NCBI GenBank assembly: GCA_965217775.1
Contig: CBDCJH010000002.1
Span: forward strand, 1,376,001 to 1,440,000
Direction of reading: 5' to 3'
Length of the DNA: 64,000 nt
Source: Acidobacteriota bacterium
Lineage (GTDB): Bacteria > Acidobacteriota > UBA6911 > RPQK01 > JAJDTT01
The position numbers were made by a program, and so were the translations under genes. Each line of letters opens with the position of its first letter. Position 1 is the first letter of the stretch. This document shows, piece by piece, positions 9,174 through 20,000 of this stretch. The notes under the pieces were generated by a model. That model saw only the letters and a list, made by a program, of their open reading frames with translations. It had not been told where the DNA came from and searched no databases.

Positions 9174-9971
9174 ATGTTTGACGCTATTCCATTTTCGACA
9201 ATAGTGCTGGTTGGCATCGGCATTCTCTATGCCCTCTCGGTCGTCAATGTTTTGAGGGAGTATGAGCGAGGAGTCATCTTCCGTCTCGGAAGACTCCTGC
9301 CCGAGTCGAAAGGCCCCGGATTGATCCTGGTTTTCTGGCCCATCGACCGCATGGAGCGGATCAGTCTGAGGATGGTGGCCATGGACGTCCCGGCCCAGGA
9401 CGTCATTACCATGGACAACGTCTCGGTCAAGGTCAACGCCATCGTCTATTTTCGAGTCATCGAGCCCAACAGCGCAGTCGTGTCCGTGGAGAACTACCTG
9501 TACGCCACCTCCCAGCTCGCCCAGACGACCCTGCGCTCGGTCCTGGGCCAAGTCGAGTTGGATGGCTTGCTGAGCAAACGGGAAGAGCTCAACGATCGGC
9601 TGCAGTCGATCCTGGATCAACATACGGATCCCTGGGGAATCAAGGTTTCCCTGGTCGAGATCAAGACCGTGGATCTTCCGGCGGAAATGCAACGGGCCAT
9701 GGCCCGGCAGGCTGAAGCCGAGCGGGAACGGAGAGCCAAGATCATCCATGCCGAAGGTGAGTTCCAGGCGGCGGCACGCCTGCGGGAAGCGGGCGCCACC
9801 CTTTCCACGGAGCCGGTGTCGCTGCAGCTGCGTTATCTGTCGACTCTCTCTGAGATCGCCACCGAGCAGAATTCCACCATCGTATTCCCCCTTCCGATGG
9901 ACCTCCTGTCTCCCCTGATGCAGATGGCCAAGAAGGCCGGGGGTCAGAGTGGCGGTGATTCCGAAGCTTGA
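9174..9971 (+). CDS. SPFH/stomatin (slipin) family protein
   Basis: [27 protein letters not shown] and [17 protein letters not shown] before ATG 9174. Classic nfeD partner. Confidence 0.93.
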   Translation: MFDAIPFSTIVLVGIGILYALSVVNVLREYERGVIFRLGRLLPESKGPGLILVFWPIDRMERISLRMVAMDVPAQDVITMDNVSVKVNAIVYFRVIEPNSAVVSVENYLYATSQLAQTTLRSVLGQVELDGLLSKREELNDRLQSILDQHTDPWGIKVSLVEIKTVDLPAEMQRAMARQAEAERERRAKIIHAEGEFQAAARLREAGATLSTEPVSLQLRYLSTLSEIATEQNSTIVFPLPMDLLSPLMQMAKKAGGQSGGDSEA

Positions 9972-10509
9972 TTGGAGAGAGATAGTTCATCTTTATGGGC
10001 TGACTCTCCTGACAGTAACTGGATTCTTCCTCCTCGGCCTCTACGTGGGGCGCAGTTTCCCTGTCGAGGTGGAGCCGACGCGTTTGACGGCACCGGCAGG
10101 GATCGGCTCCTCCGGTTCCGAAACGAAGCCTCGGTTGGAGTTCTACGGGCGTCTGAATGACCCGACGACCCGGGGTGCGGATGCACCCGGCGCCAAGACT
10201 TCTCCCCTTCCGATACCGGACGCAACGGGCGCCGGCGCCCTGAGCAACGCGCATGTCCCGCCATCAGGCGCAGGCCGTTTCACCGTTCAGATTGCCGCCA
10301 TGGAGCGGGAAGCGGAGGCGCGGAAGGAGTTGATGCGAGTTCAGTCCCGGGGATACTTGGCCGAGATACGCCGCCTGGGGACAAACGATCGTTACTATCG
10401 GGTCTGGGTCGGAGACTTCCCCACCAAGGAGCAAGCCGACCATTTGGCCGACCGATTGTACGAAGACGGGTTTCCTACGTTCGTGCGAAGCATGTCCGAT
10501 TCCCCATGA
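9949..10509 (+). CDS. SPOR domain cell-division protein (FtsN/DedD-like)
   Basis: N-terminal TM, linker, then C-terminal FTVQIAA...YRVWVG.F. Confidence 0.75.
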   Translation: MAVIPKLDWREIVHLYGLTLLTVTGFFLLGLYVGRSFPVEVEPTRLTAPAGIGSSGSETKPRLEFYGRLNDPTTRGADAPGAKTSPLPIPDATGAGALSNAHVPPSGAGRFTVQIAAMEREAEARKELMRVQSRGYLAEIRRLGTNDRYYRVWVGDFPTKEQADHLADRLYEDGFPTFVRSMSDSP

Positions 10510-11996
10510 AAGGCCGGACTCTGCGTCCGCTGGTCTCCGGGATCGGGATCTGTCTGGCCTTCCCCGGATTTTCTCTCTACCCCCTGGCGTGGGTCGCGCT
10601 GGCGCCCTACCTGCAATTTCTCCTGGAGACCAGCTCCCGGCGGCGGGTTCTGGCGGGACATCTGATCTTCTCGTCCCTCTATTTCGGCGGAGTCCTCTAC
10701 TGGATTCCGCGTGTCCTGGTCGAGTACGGCAATCTGGACTGGTTCACGTCCGCTCTCATCTTCGGGCTCATGGTCCTGGTGCTGGATCTGTTCCTGCTTC
10801 CTTTTTCCCTCCTGACGCACGCCGTGGCCCGAAAGTCCGCAAGCATCGCTCTATGGTCCGCCCCTGGCCTTTGGATCTTGACCGAGCTGCTGCGTAACTA
10901 CTACACCGTAAACGGATTTCCCTGGGCGTTGGTGGGCCAGACCCAATTCCCCTACCGCTGGATCGTCCAGGCGGCGGATCTGAGCGGCGTCTACCTGATC
11001 TCGTTTCTGGTGCTGCTGGGGAATGCAGCTCTCGTGGCGCTGTTTCGATACGGGAGTTGGAGAATTCCGATCGTTTTCGCAATCTGCTTCACGGGAGCCA
11101 ATTTGTATGGGTTGTACCGTTGCCATTTTTGGACTCCGCCCCCCGGTCCGAATCTACGCGTCGCGCTGGTGCAGCCCAATGTCGGGCTCTTTGCCGATCG
11201 CCGGCACTATGCCGAGAAATACTTCGATGAGCTTCCCCGGCACTATCGGAAGGCGGTTGAAGAAGGCGTCGACTGGGTGATCTTCCCGGAGGCCCAGAAC
11301 CCGTACCTGCTTCAGACGAACTCCGAATTTCGGGCATTCTGGCAACGTCAGGTCCGGACGGCGGGGGTCCCCCTGCTGCTGAATGTCACCTCGATCGAAC
11401 CGCCTCCCTCCACCCGCTATTTCAACAGCGCCTATCTCCTGGAGGGCGGGGAAGCGGTCTCCTACCGCTACGACAAGATTCACCTGGTTCCCTTCGGGGA
11501 GTACGTTCCGATGGCGGAGTGGCTTGCATTCGCCACACCCCTGGTTCAGGAGGTGGGCGGGTTCCATCCGGGGCGGGAATATGTCCTGGGTCAGGTCTCC
11601 GGAGTCCGGTTTGCGACGCTGATCTGCTTCGAGGGGATTTTCCCCGAGTTGGCGCGAGACTTTGTCCGGAACGGGGCGGAAGTCCTGGTCAACATCACCA
11701 ACGACACCTGGTACGGCGCGACGGCGGCTCCAATGCAACACTTTCAGTTCGGGGCCTTTCGAGCCATTGAACAGCGCCGTCCCCTGCTGCGCTGTGCCAA
11801 CAGCGGGTACTCGGCCCACATCGACGCCACGGGCGCCGTTCGAAGCCGGACCGATCTCTTCGAGGAGGGACTGCTGGTGGACACGGTTCATTCGAGTTCC
11901 TACCGGTCCGTTTACTCCCGGGTGGGGGAATGGATTAATATGTTTCTGGTCGGTTTGGCGCTTCTCGGTCTATTCTTTCCTCGGAGACGGCGATAA
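10506..11996 (+). CDS. lnt: Apolipoprotein N-acyltransferase
   Basis: GFPW and the nitrilase triad FPE, YDK.HLVPFGEY, ICFE, plus NITND.W. Confidence 0.93.
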   Translation: MKGRTLRPLVSGIGICLAFPGFSLYPLAWVALAPYLQFLLETSSRRRVLAGHLIFSSLYFGGVLYWIPRVLVEYGNLDWFTSALIFGLMVLVLDLFLLPFSLLTHAVARKSASIALWSAPGLWILTELLRNYYTVNGFPWALVGQTQFPYRWIVQAADLSGVYLISFLVLLGNAALVALFRYGSWRIPIVFAICFTGANLYGLYRCHFWTPPPGPNLRVALVQPNVGLFADRRHYAEKYFDELPRHYRKAVEEGVDWVIFPEAQNPYLLQTNSEFRAFWQRQVRTAGVPLLLNVTSIEPPPSTRYFNSAYLLEGGEAVSYRYDKIHLVPFGEYVPMAEWLAFATPLVQEVGGFHPGREYVLGQVSGVRFATLICFEGIFPELARDFVRNGAEVLVNITNDTWYGATAAPMQHFQFGAFRAIEQRRPLLRCANSGYSAHIDATGAVRSRTDLFEEGLLVDTVHSSSYRSVYSRVGEWINMFLVGLALLGLFFPRRRR

Positions 11997-12083
11997 GGCG
12001 TCGCCGCAAATTCTGATCGAACCGCACCGTCCGGAAAGCGCCATCGCCCGAATCCGTACGCCAGACATTGGGAGGCTGTAGCC

Positions 12084-13212
12084 ATGGACGATATTCAGGA
12101 ACGCTATCGGGATCTCAGGAACAGGATCGGCAACCTCTGGGAGTATCTTTGACGTCGAGGCCAAGGAAAAGGAATTGGGACAAATCGAGGAGGTGATCTC
12201 GGACCCGGCCTTCTGGACCCGGACCCAGGAGTCCCAACACGTTCTCCGCCGCCGCCGTTACTTGCACCGGAGCCTGGAATTATCCCGGAAGTGCGGGAAC
12301 GGTCTGGAGGACCTGGAGGTGTTGATGGAGCTGGGGAGGGAGGGGGAGGACGTCCTCGACGATATCCGGCAACAGGTGCGGGACCTCGAGGAACGGCTCT
12401 CCAAGGCCGAGTTGAACACGCTTCTCTCAGGCCGGGACGACGCCTGCAACGCCATCGTCACCATCCATCCGGGCGCCGGTGGCACCGAGAGTCAGGATTG
12501 GGCCCAGATGTTGATGCGCATGTACCTGAGATGGACCGAAAAGCGGGGCTACAAAACCCAGATCGTGGATTTTCAGGAGGGTGAGGAAGCCGGGATCAAG
12601 TCGGTGACGTTCCTGGCTCAAGGAGACTATGGGTACGGATACCTGTTGGGTGAGATCGGTGTCCATCGCCTGGTGCGAATCTCTCCTTACGATGCCGCGG
12701 CCAGGCGCCACACCTCGTTCGCCTCGGTCTTCGTCTCACCCGAGATCGACGACAGCGTGCAGGTTGTCATCGACGAGAAGGATCTCAAGATCGACACTTA
12801 CCGGTCCTCCGGTAGCGGCGGGCAGCACGTGAACGTCACGGATTCGGCCGTCCGCATCACCCATCTGCCGACGGGAATCGTCGTGCAATGCCAAAACGAA
12901 CGGTCGCAACACCGGAACAAGGACACGGCAATGAAGGTCCTCAGGGCCAAGCTCTACGACTACGAAATGGAAAAGAGACGGAAGGAACTGGATGAAGTCG
13001 AGGACTCCAAGGCCGATATCGCATGGGGCAGCCAGATTCGTTCGTACGTGCTGCACCCCTATCGTCTGGCCAAGGACCACCGGACCCGGATTGAGATCGG
13101 GGACGTGGATTCGGTACTGGACGGGGGAATCGATCGCTTCATCGAAGCCTTCTTGAAACGGCGCAGCCGAGAGAAGAGCCGGCGCGGAAGGATTACGAAT
13201 TCCGGATCTTGA
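12084..13212 (+). CDS. prfB: Peptide chain release factor 2 (programmed +1 frameshift)
   Basis: ATG 12084 with SD GGAGG. In-frame CTT-TGA-C at 12147-12153; the +1 frame joins ORF 12175..13212 containing GAGGTES, ISPY and GGQ. Confidence 0.95.
12139..12153 (+). promoter_or_regulatory. prfB +1 frameshift cassette
   Basis: Internal SD GGGAG, TAT, then CTT TGA C. Confidence 0.92.
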
Positions 13213-13213
13213 A

Positions 13214-13291
13214 GTCGGGGCGCCCTCTTCGGTCCAAAGCGGAGCAAGACGGGGCCCGAAGAAGAGTGGGCGGCTGGAAAGCCGCGGTTTC
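13214..13291 (+). repeat. REP doublet, copy 2 (first hairpin truncated)
   Basis: GGGCGCCCTCTTCGGTCCAAAGCGGAGCAAGACGGGGCCCGAAGAAGAGTGGGCGGCTGGAAAGCCGC closely matches 6341..6410. Directly after the prfB stop. Confidence 0.75.
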
Positions 13292-13336
13292 GGAGAAGAC
13301 AAGTTGGTTCTGGATATACTGGTTTAGGGATGTGTA

Positions 13337-14071
13337 GTGAAAGTAGAATCTGAACCTCCGGAGAACCCAATACCGGAGGAATCTCCGGAATCCCAAGATC
13401 AGGTCCCGGTCGAAGAGTTGCGGGAACAGGCCCGTAGACTCCGGGTGGCGGTTCGAAGGGACAGGACGGACGCGTCCGATCCATCCGATCCGTCCTTCCT
13501 CGGCAAGATCCTCTATCTGGTGTTCTTCATGGGGGTCATGGGAAGCACCATCTATCTCCTCATGTTCCCGTCCGTCCGACAGGAGTTGGTTCTTCAGGTT
13601 TCGGAACTGTGGATTGCGGCTGCCCGCGACGTCACCCGGTCCCATATCTATCGGCTGCCGCCCCCACCTCCCAAACCCGCCGACCAGAAGGTGGTCTTTC
13701 AGGCCCCGGTCCCGGTCGTGTCCGGTTCGAATGTGCCGGAGAGTGCAATAACCTCATCCGGGGCGACGCCTAGCGACGGTCCCCGCCAGGCCCAGGCTCT
13801 GAAAAAGACTCGAGACTCCGAGACGGCCTACGGGCTGCTCCTGAAACAGTCGGCCACCGCCAAGGATCTTACCGAGGGAAAGATTCCCGGACAGGCGTTC
13901 AAGGAGTGGAGATTGGTGAAAGACGATGTTCCCGTCTTGTGGATCGATCTCGTCGCGACCCCGGAGGCCGGTCCGGAAATCCACTTTATCTGGTCGGTGG
14001 ATCTGGAGAACCGAACCGTGACCGCATTGAGCCAGGCGGCACGAGACCTGGGGCAGCCCGAGTCCAATTGA
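13337..14071 (+). CDS. Hypothetical single-pass membrane protein
   Basis: 244-aa ORF with one TM (ILYLVFFMGVMGSTIYLLMF), a Pro-rich linker and a globular C-terminus. No motif recognised. Confidence 0.6.
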   Translation: MKVESEPPENPIPEESPESQDQVPVEELREQARRLRVAVRRDRTDASDPSDPSFLGKILYLVFFMGVMGSTIYLLMFPSVRQELVLQVSELWIAAARDVTRSHIYRLPPPPPKPADQKVVFQAPVPVVSGSNVPESAITSSGATPSDGPRQAQALKKTRDSETAYGLLLKQSATAKDLTEGKIPGQAFKEWRLVKDDVPVLWIDLVATPEAGPEIHFIWSVDLENRTVTALSQAARDLGQPESN

Positions 14072-14082
14072 CCTTCACTGGT

Positions 14083-14290
14083 AGCCTGCGCCGCAGAAAT
14101 TGATCTAACAGCCCGTGGCAAAAGTCATCACGGCATTCGACCGTCCCTGCATCCCGGCGGACGGCGTTGCGATTCGGGCACATACTCCCGGTATGCACCC
14201 GAATCGCGCCTTGTCCGGCGGGCGCAGGAACGGTCTCGGTGCTCGCGGGACTTTCACCACGGACTGCTAATGCGAAAGCGGTGAATCGGT
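14083..14290 (-). mobile_element. Partial MITE family B, interrupted by a family A copy
   Basis: AGCCTGCGCCGCAGAAATTGATCTA[insert]CTAATGCGAAAGCGGTGAATCGGT is the reverse complement of the right end of 56082..56239. Confidence 0.75.
14109..14266 (-). mobile_element. MITE family A (158 bp) with CTAA target duplication
   Basis: TIRs CAGCCCGTGGCAAAAGTC / GACTTTCACCACGGACTG, with CTAA on both sides. Near-identical to 22178..22334. Confidence 0.85.
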
Positions 14291-15430
14291 GGCGGAGTCG
14301 GTTTGGGTTCCCGTCCGCCCGACACTGGGATAACGCCGCCGGAGTTCGCGGGCCAGAACCCGTCCCGTGATCCGGTTCCCCTCGCTGGTCAGATGAGCGA
14401 AGTCGAAATAGAGTTCCGATCCGCCGGCTTGCCGCAGATCGTGAGATAGATCCAAATACGGAATCTGTCGGGATCGACATTGTTCGATGGCTCGATCCAT
14501 CAGCTTACGGGCAAATAGGGCATGCTCCGGAGCGTCTTTCAGGAATACGAAACGGGAGGGAACCAACATGAGGAGAAACGGAATCCGGTCTCGCTCTAGA
14601 AGATCCCGGGTGCCTTCCAAGGCCCCGAAAAGCCTGCTCCAACCGGAGTCGATCCGATACCGATCCAGGAGAAACTTTTCGTAACCCATGGCGTAGTAGG
14701 TCAGCCCCCGGGTGCTGTGGAACGGTTCGGTGGGCCTGATTCGGTACAGAGATTCAAGTATTTTGCGAAGTAATATCGTGTAAGTGTAGGTTTTTTCGTA
14801 GAAATAGGGTCCTCGAGACCAAGTTCCCAGAAGCTGGCCGTCCCAACTCACAACGTATCGGCCTCCACGGACCGATCTCGGGAGACCGGCGTCGACATCT
14901 GACGACCAGCCGAGCAGAGCCTCGTCGGTCACGTCGTTGCAGAGTTCAATCTGGACCAATACCAGATCGGGGTTCAGTGCGAGACCTTCCTGATGGATGT
15001 AGGCTGCGTAACCGGAGGGGCTGTAGCCTTGCCCGGACGCGTTGACGACCCGGAAGCGGAAGGCCCCCGGTGATTTATTGAGTTCCCGCTGCAGAACTTG
15101 TCCGTAGCGGTCCTGGGACGGGACGCCGAGGCCGAATCCGATGGAATCCCCCAGTGAGAGGATACGGAATTCGCCCTCCGGGGGGACGGGGTCCAGTGGT
15201 GGCTCGTCCCGGAAACCGTGGGCGTTGGTGATGAAGGGTATGTCCCACATGACGCCTTCGTAGTCTCCCCTCAGGCGGACGGGCAGGTACCCGGTCTCCT
15301 CGGCGTGATCGCGAGGTTCCGCAGATTCCCCGAGAAAGGAATGGCGGAGCCAGAATTCGGTTGCGAGCAGAATCAGGAGGGCCGGAAGCCCGAAGAAGAT
15401 CAAAGCCAGGAGAAGGAGTCGACTTCGCAA
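14267..15430 (-). CDS. SGNH/GDSL hydrolase family protein
   Basis: N-terminal TM, N..GFRD, LGDS..FG and C-terminal D.AHLT..GN. Start uncertain (TTG 15430 chosen). Confidence 0.8.
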   Translation of the reverse strand: MRSRLLLLALIFFGLPALLILLATEFWLRHSFLGESAEPRDHAEETGYLPVRLRGDYEGVMWDIPFITNAHGFRDEPPLDPVPPEGEFRILSLGDSIGFGLGVPSQDRYGQVLQRELNKSPGAFRFRVVNASGQGYSPSGYAAYIHQEGLALNPDLVLVQIELCNDVTDEALLGWSSDVDAGLPRSVRGGRYVVSWDGQLLGTWSRGPYFYEKTYTYTILLRKILESLYRIRPTEPFHSTRGLTYYAMGYEKFLLDRYRIDSGWSRLFGALEGTRDLLERDRIPFLLMLVPSRFVFLKDAPEHALFARKLMDRAIEQCRSRQIPYLDLSHDLRQAGGSELYFDFAHLTSEGNRITGRVLARELRRRYPSVGRTGTQTDSATDSPLSH

Positions 15431-15625
15431 TTTGTTTCCTGCCTCAGCCGGTGGGATTTCAGACTTGGAAGTCAGTTTTCGGTACCGGATAGTCAAGATA
15501 GGGCTTCCATAGGAACGATTCAAGGTAGCCGGTCGCGGCCGTCTGACCTCCGGCCGACGCAAGCGCTTCGGGAAACTTCCCTCTCATTCCCAACCCGGCG
15601 TATCCGAAACCGAAATGTATCCGCC

Positions 15626-15716
15626 GGAACGGCGGCGTTCCAGCTCCCGGACCTTCGATTGGCCGCGGTTTGCTCCGGTTTGGGCGGAAGAGGGCGCCCA
15701 CAAGGGGCGCCCCTAC
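15626..15716 (-). repeat. REP doublet, copy 3
   Basis: Reverse strand reads GTAGGGGCGCCCCTTGTGGGCGCCC-TCTTCCGCCCAAACCGGAGCAAAC...GCTGGAACGCCGCCGTTCC. Confidence 0.75.
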
Positions 15717-15742
15717 GCCGTCCGGTGGGCGTCAGCAGACGT

Positions 15743-15751
15743 TGATAAGAT
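15743..15751 (+). promoter_or_regulatory. Extended -10 element (TGA-TAAGAT) for probably leaderless recJ
   Basis: Lies 6 nt upstream of ATG 15758 with no SD. Confidence 0.5.
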
Positions 15752-15757
15752 CCGGTC

Positions 15758-17482
15758 ATGACACGCACGTGGACATTGCGGGAGCCGGAGCCCGAGGCGG
15801 TTCGGGCTCTGACTTCCGAGCTGGACGTATCGGCGCTGACGGCTCGCCTGCTGGTAAACCGCGGCATCCAGGATCCGGATGAGGCCCACCGTTTTCTCCA
15901 TCCCCGCTTCGAGAATCTTCATGACCCCTATCTCATGAAGGACATGGACAGGGCGGTCCCGCTCATCTGGCGTGCTCTGGAAGGGAAGAAACGGATCGTG
16001 GTCCACGGCGACTACGATGTGGACGGGATCACCTCCAGCCTGATCCTGAAACGGGCACTCGAGATGCTCGGTGGCCGGGTCGCCATCCATATCCCCAGAC
16101 GGCTCAAGGACGGATATGGAATTCAAACCGAGTTCGTGGAACGGTGCCACCAATCCGGGGTGGGGCTGTTGGTGACCTCCGACTGCGGAATTCGAGCCTT
16201 CGAGGCTTGTGGCCGGGCGAGCGAGTTGGGCCTCGACGTTCTGGTGTGCGATCATCACCTGCCCTCCGCAGAACTTCCTCCGGCGCGAGCCATCCTCGAT
16301 CCACACCGTGCGGACTGTCACTACCCGGACCACAACTTGTCCGCGGCCGGCGTCGTTTTCAAGCTGGTGCAGGGACTCTTCGAAAAAGCCGGGCGGGCTC
16401 GGATACTGCCCCATTTCCTGAAAGTCGTGGCCTTGGGAACCGCGGCCGACATGGTGCCGCTGACCGGAGAGAACCGAATCCTGGTCAAACTGGGGTTGGA
16501 AGGTCTGGCCCAACCGCACAACGTGGGCCTTCGGGCCCTGCTGGACGGCGCCGGGGTCTCCGGAGAGGTGGGGCTCAACGACGTGGCCTTCAAGATCGCT
16601 CCCCGCATCAATGCCGTAACCCGAATGGGGGGCGGCCCCGAGGTATTGGATCTTTTCAATACCCGCGACAGGTCACGGGCCCAGGCGATCGTCCGGGACA
16701 TGAACTCGAAGAACCGGGAGCGTCGGCGGCAGGAAGAGGCGATCCTGGAGGAGATCCATGAGTGGGAGCGTAGCCGGCCGGAATTGTTCCGGAAGACCTT
16801 CATCGTCCTTGCCGGAAAGGACTGGCACCGGGGCGTGATCGGGATCATCGCCTCGAGGGTAGCCAGGCGTTTCTTTCGCCCCACGCTGGTGTTCTCGATC
16901 GGGGAATCCGACTGTCAGGGCTCGGGGAGGAGCATACCCGGCTTCCATCTGTTGGAGGCATTAGAGGGGTGCGGCGATCTCCTCGATCGATATGGGGGGC
17001 ATGCGCAGGCAGTGGGTTGCGCCATGGAGGGAAGCGATTCTCTGGAGGACCGCCTCCGGAGCCTTTCGGATCGTCTCGATTCCCACGCCCGGCTCGTGCT
17101 GTCAACAGAGGATCTGACGCCCCTGGTCTCATTGGACTCCTATTTGAGGGCGGAGCACCTTTCGTTTTCGCTGTACCGGGATATCCAGCGGCTCGCGCCA
17201 TTCGGGGTCGGGAATCCGGTTCCCGTCTTCGCCACGAACGGGTTGGACGTGACCGGCGGTCCCTGGGTATTGAAAAACAGGCATCTGAAGATCCGTCTGG
17301 GCGCCAACGGAGCCGGTGTGGACGCGATCTGGTGGAAGAACGGGGATGCCGCTGCTACCATACCGAGAGGATCGAAGATCGATGTGGCCTATACCTTGAA
17401 TCGAAACGAGTACCGGGGCGTGGAGAGTCTGCTCATGACGGTCCAGGATCTTCGCACGCACCCGATCTCGTCCGATTCCTGA
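15758..17482 (+). CDS. recJ: ssDNA-specific exonuclease RecJ
   Basis: GDYDVDGI, DGYG, DHH, PRINA, GS.RS, GGH..A.G and PFG.GNP. Confidence 0.95.
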   Translation: MTRTWTLREPEPEAVRALTSELDVSALTARLLVNRGIQDPDEAHRFLHPRFENLHDPYLMKDMDRAVPLIWRALEGKKRIVVHGDYDVDGITSSLILKRALEMLGGRVAIHIPRRLKDGYGIQTEFVERCHQSGVGLLVTSDCGIRAFEACGRASELGLDVLVCDHHLPSAELPPARAILDPHRADCHYPDHNLSAAGVVFKLVQGLFEKAGRARILPHFLKVVALGTAADMVPLTGENRILVKLGLEGLAQPHNVGLRALLDGAGVSGEVGLNDVAFKIAPRINAVTRMGGGPEVLDLFNTRDRSRAQAIVRDMNSKNRERRRQEEAILEEIHEWERSRPELFRKTFIVLAGKDWHRGVIGIIASRVARRFFRPTLVFSIGESDCQGSGRSIPGFHLLEALEGCGDLLDRYGGHAQAVGCAMEGSDSLEDRLRSLSDRLDSHARLVLSTEDLTPLVSLDSYLRAEHLSFSLYRDIQRLAPFGVGNPVPVFATNGLDVTGGPWVLKNRHLKIRLGANGAGVDAIWWKNGDAAATIPRGSKIDVAYTLNRNEYRGVESLLMTVQDLRTHPISSDS

Positions 17483-17551
17483 CAACCTCCGGCGCACGTC
17501 GTCACGGGCCCGTGAACGATCCCTTTCGGACTGCATCAAACCGGACTCTCT

Positions 17552-19909
17552 ATGCGTCCCCGTTCCCTCAAGCTCATCCGGCTGGTTCTGATAGTGGTGC
17601 TGGTGACGGCCATGGGAGCCGTGGTCTGGAGCTTTCTGACCAGGCGTGACGCACGGCCGCCCTTGGTGCGGGAACGGCTGCTCTCTCCCGAGGTGCAGCA
17701 GCAGAGCACCGAGTTCGAGCATACGGAGCACAAGGAAGGGCGAACGCTCTACAAGGTGGAGGCCGGGACCAGCACCCAGACGGTCAAGAATATCCATCGT
17801 CTTTTCGGCGTGAAACTGACTCACTTTGGTCCGGACGGAAACGCCACCGAAGAGATCTCGGGAAACGAAGCGATCTACCGGGTCGTTGATGGTGGGATCG
17901 AGTTCACCGGAAAGGTTCGAATCGAACTTTCGGATGGGACCACGATTGAAGCGGATCGTCTGAAGGCCGACTTGGCCCGTAATGTGGTGGCCATCGAGGA
18001 AGGTTTTCGCTTCGAAATGGAGAAGCTTTCCGGTCACGGCCGATCACTCAGCTATGAGATCCGGCGGAGCCGGCTTCGGGTCGACGAAGAGTTCGAACTG
18101 AATATCACTCAAGGGAGGGATCGGCTCCAAGTCACGGGTTCAAGGGCTTTGTACGATTTGGAGGATCGCCGGGTCGATCTCTTGGACGGAGCTCGCATCC
18201 GAGGTCCGCAGGGAGACTTGACTGCCGGGTACGTCCGGGTTTTTCTGACTGAAGACAGGGGCGTGGAGCGGATGTTCACCTCGCGTAGTGTTCGTCTGGT
18301 CCTGGATTCGGGCCGGTCCTTCAGCGGCGAGTCCATCCATCTGTTCTCCGACTCCGCAGAAGGGAGGATCGAACGCTTCTACGTCTACTCAGGCAAAGCC
18401 ACTCCGGAATCTCCCGAGCAGCGGGCTGTATACGAAGACCCCGAGACCTATTTGGAGGCGGACCGAATCGACGGCTTGGCCGGGGTTTCGGGTTCGGATG
18501 AGACTCTGTTTCTGGCGCACCGGCGTGTCGTCGTCCGCTCCCGGACTCTGGGTCTCGAAGAGGGGCGTGGCGACCGGTTGTATGCTCGCCTGAGTCATGA
18601 GCATCAACGTCTCAAGTGGTTGGAGATGAGGGGAAAAACGTCACTGGTCGGACGTCTTCGAGACCTCGATGATTCTCGGGAGTCCATTCAGGGAGACCTG
18701 CTGGTTCTGGATCTCGGCCCTGACGGAGTCCCGGATCGTGCGACCGTTTCAGGGAATGTGGTGGCTTGGTCCCGAAGCGGAAACGGGGCTTCGGCTCGTC
18801 TTCAAGCAGGACGAATGGACGCGTTCTACCGGGCTGGAGAACTGAGGCGGGTCGTTGCCACGCAAGATCCGATTCTGCGCCAGCAGGTTCCCGAAGGGGA
18901 ACGGACAGTGGAGTCGAAACGCATGGAGGCTGTCTTCAAGGAGGGGGGCGTGCTGAGTGTTGCGGCCGTGGGCGACGTCCATTGGGCCATGAACTCGAAA
19001 ATGAAGCGGCGAGACGGAGAAAGCGGGAGACTCGATCTTGGATTCATTCGCGAGCAACTCCAGGAAGCCCGAGGGGAGGGCCGGGTGGTCTATCGGGAAG
19101 AGAGCCCTGAGGGCCGCCTCACCCTGAGCGCGAACAACGCGGCGTATGACGCGGGGTCGGACCTTTTCTCCTTTTCGGACCCGGAAGGTGCGCATCTGTA
19201 TTACTCCAAGAACTCGATGGAAGGCACGGGTGTAGTGGAGTCGCGGACTCGGGCGGACGTTTTTCAAGTGGACGCGGACCGGGAAGAGCTGTCGGCACGT
19301 GGGGGTGTCCAAACCATCTTCAGTCGTCCCGGAAAAGAACCGGTCGTGATACAGGCTGAAAGTCTGGTGTTGGACTCCGGTGTCAAATCTCTGTCCTACG
19401 CCGGAAATCCGAGGATCCTCCGGGAGTCTCACCTGATCCAGGGAACGATGATTCGCTTGGACTCCGTCGGCGAACGGCTGGAGGTTCAGGACGTGGACAG
19501 CACCTTTTGGGAGCCTGGGGGAGCTTCGGGCCGCAAGTGCCGGATCCAGGCGCCCGAGCTTGTCTATCAGCGGAATTCCGGAAAGGCGGCCTACAGGGGC
19601 GGCGTCCGGATGGAGTCCGGTGACTTCAAAGTGGAATCCTCCCATTTGGACCTTCTGCTGGAAGATTCGCCTTCGAGCACGATTCGGAGCATCGCCGCGG
19701 GGGGTGAGGTCGAGATCCGGGAGGGGGATCGATGGGCTCGCGGAGACCAGGCGGTGTATCATCCCCGGGAGGGTCGCGTGGAGTTGACCGGAGAGCTCGC
19801 CGAGGTGGTGGAGCCGCTCCGCGGCAGCGCCTCCGGTCGGAGGGTGACTTTGTTCGTGGGAACCGACAAGATCGTGATCGATCAGCCGGCCTCCCTTCCG
19901 GCGCCGTGA
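17552..19909 (+). CDS. Extended LptC/LptA (OstA-repeat) LPS transport periplasmic protein
   Basis: N-terminal TM followed by ~750 aa of beta-rich repeats (A.G.V, G..A.Y, LTG) typical of OstA jellyrolls. Directly upstream of lptB. Confidence 0.75.
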   Translation: MRPRSLKLIRLVLIVVLVTAMGAVVWSFLTRRDARPPLVRERLLSPEVQQQSTEFEHTEHKEGRTLYKVEAGTSTQTVKNIHRLFGVKLTHFGPDGNATEEISGNEAIYRVVDGGIEFTGKVRIELSDGTTIEADRLKADLARNVVAIEEGFRFEMEKLSGHGRSLSYEIRRSRLRVDEEFELNITQGRDRLQVTGSRALYDLEDRRVDLLDGARIRGPQGDLTAGYVRVFLTEDRGVERMFTSRSVRLVLDSGRSFSGESIHLFSDSAEGRIERFYVYSGKATPESPEQRAVYEDPETYLEADRIDGLAGVSGSDETLFLAHRRVVVRSRTLGLEEGRGDRLYARLSHEHQRLKWLEMRGKTSLVGRLRDLDDSRESIQGDLLVLDLGPDGVPDRATVSGNVVAWSRSGNGASARLQAGRMDAFYRAGELRRVVATQDPILRQQVPEGERTVESKRMEAVFKEGGVLSVAAVGDVHWAMNSKMKRRDGESGRLDLGFIREQLQEARGEGRVVYREESPEGRLTLSANNAAYDAGSDLFSFSDPEGAHLYYSKNSMEGTGVVESRTRADVFQVDADREELSARGGVQTIFSRPGKEPVVIQAESLVLDSGVKSLSYAGNPRILRESHLIQGTMIRLDSVGERLEVQDVDSTFWEPGGASGRKCRIQAPELVYQRNSGKAAYRGGVRMESGDFKVESSHLDLLLEDSPSSTIRSIAAGGEVEIREGDRWARGDQAVYHPREGRVELTGELAEVVEPLRGSASGRRVTLFVGTDKIVIDQPASLPAP

Positions 19910-20000
19910 CCCGTGCTCAACGGGACTCGCCGCGGCCTGCCAGGGCTCGATACAGTCTTGTTTTTCCATTTCAAATTGCCAAGGGGGCATTCTGGACAAG

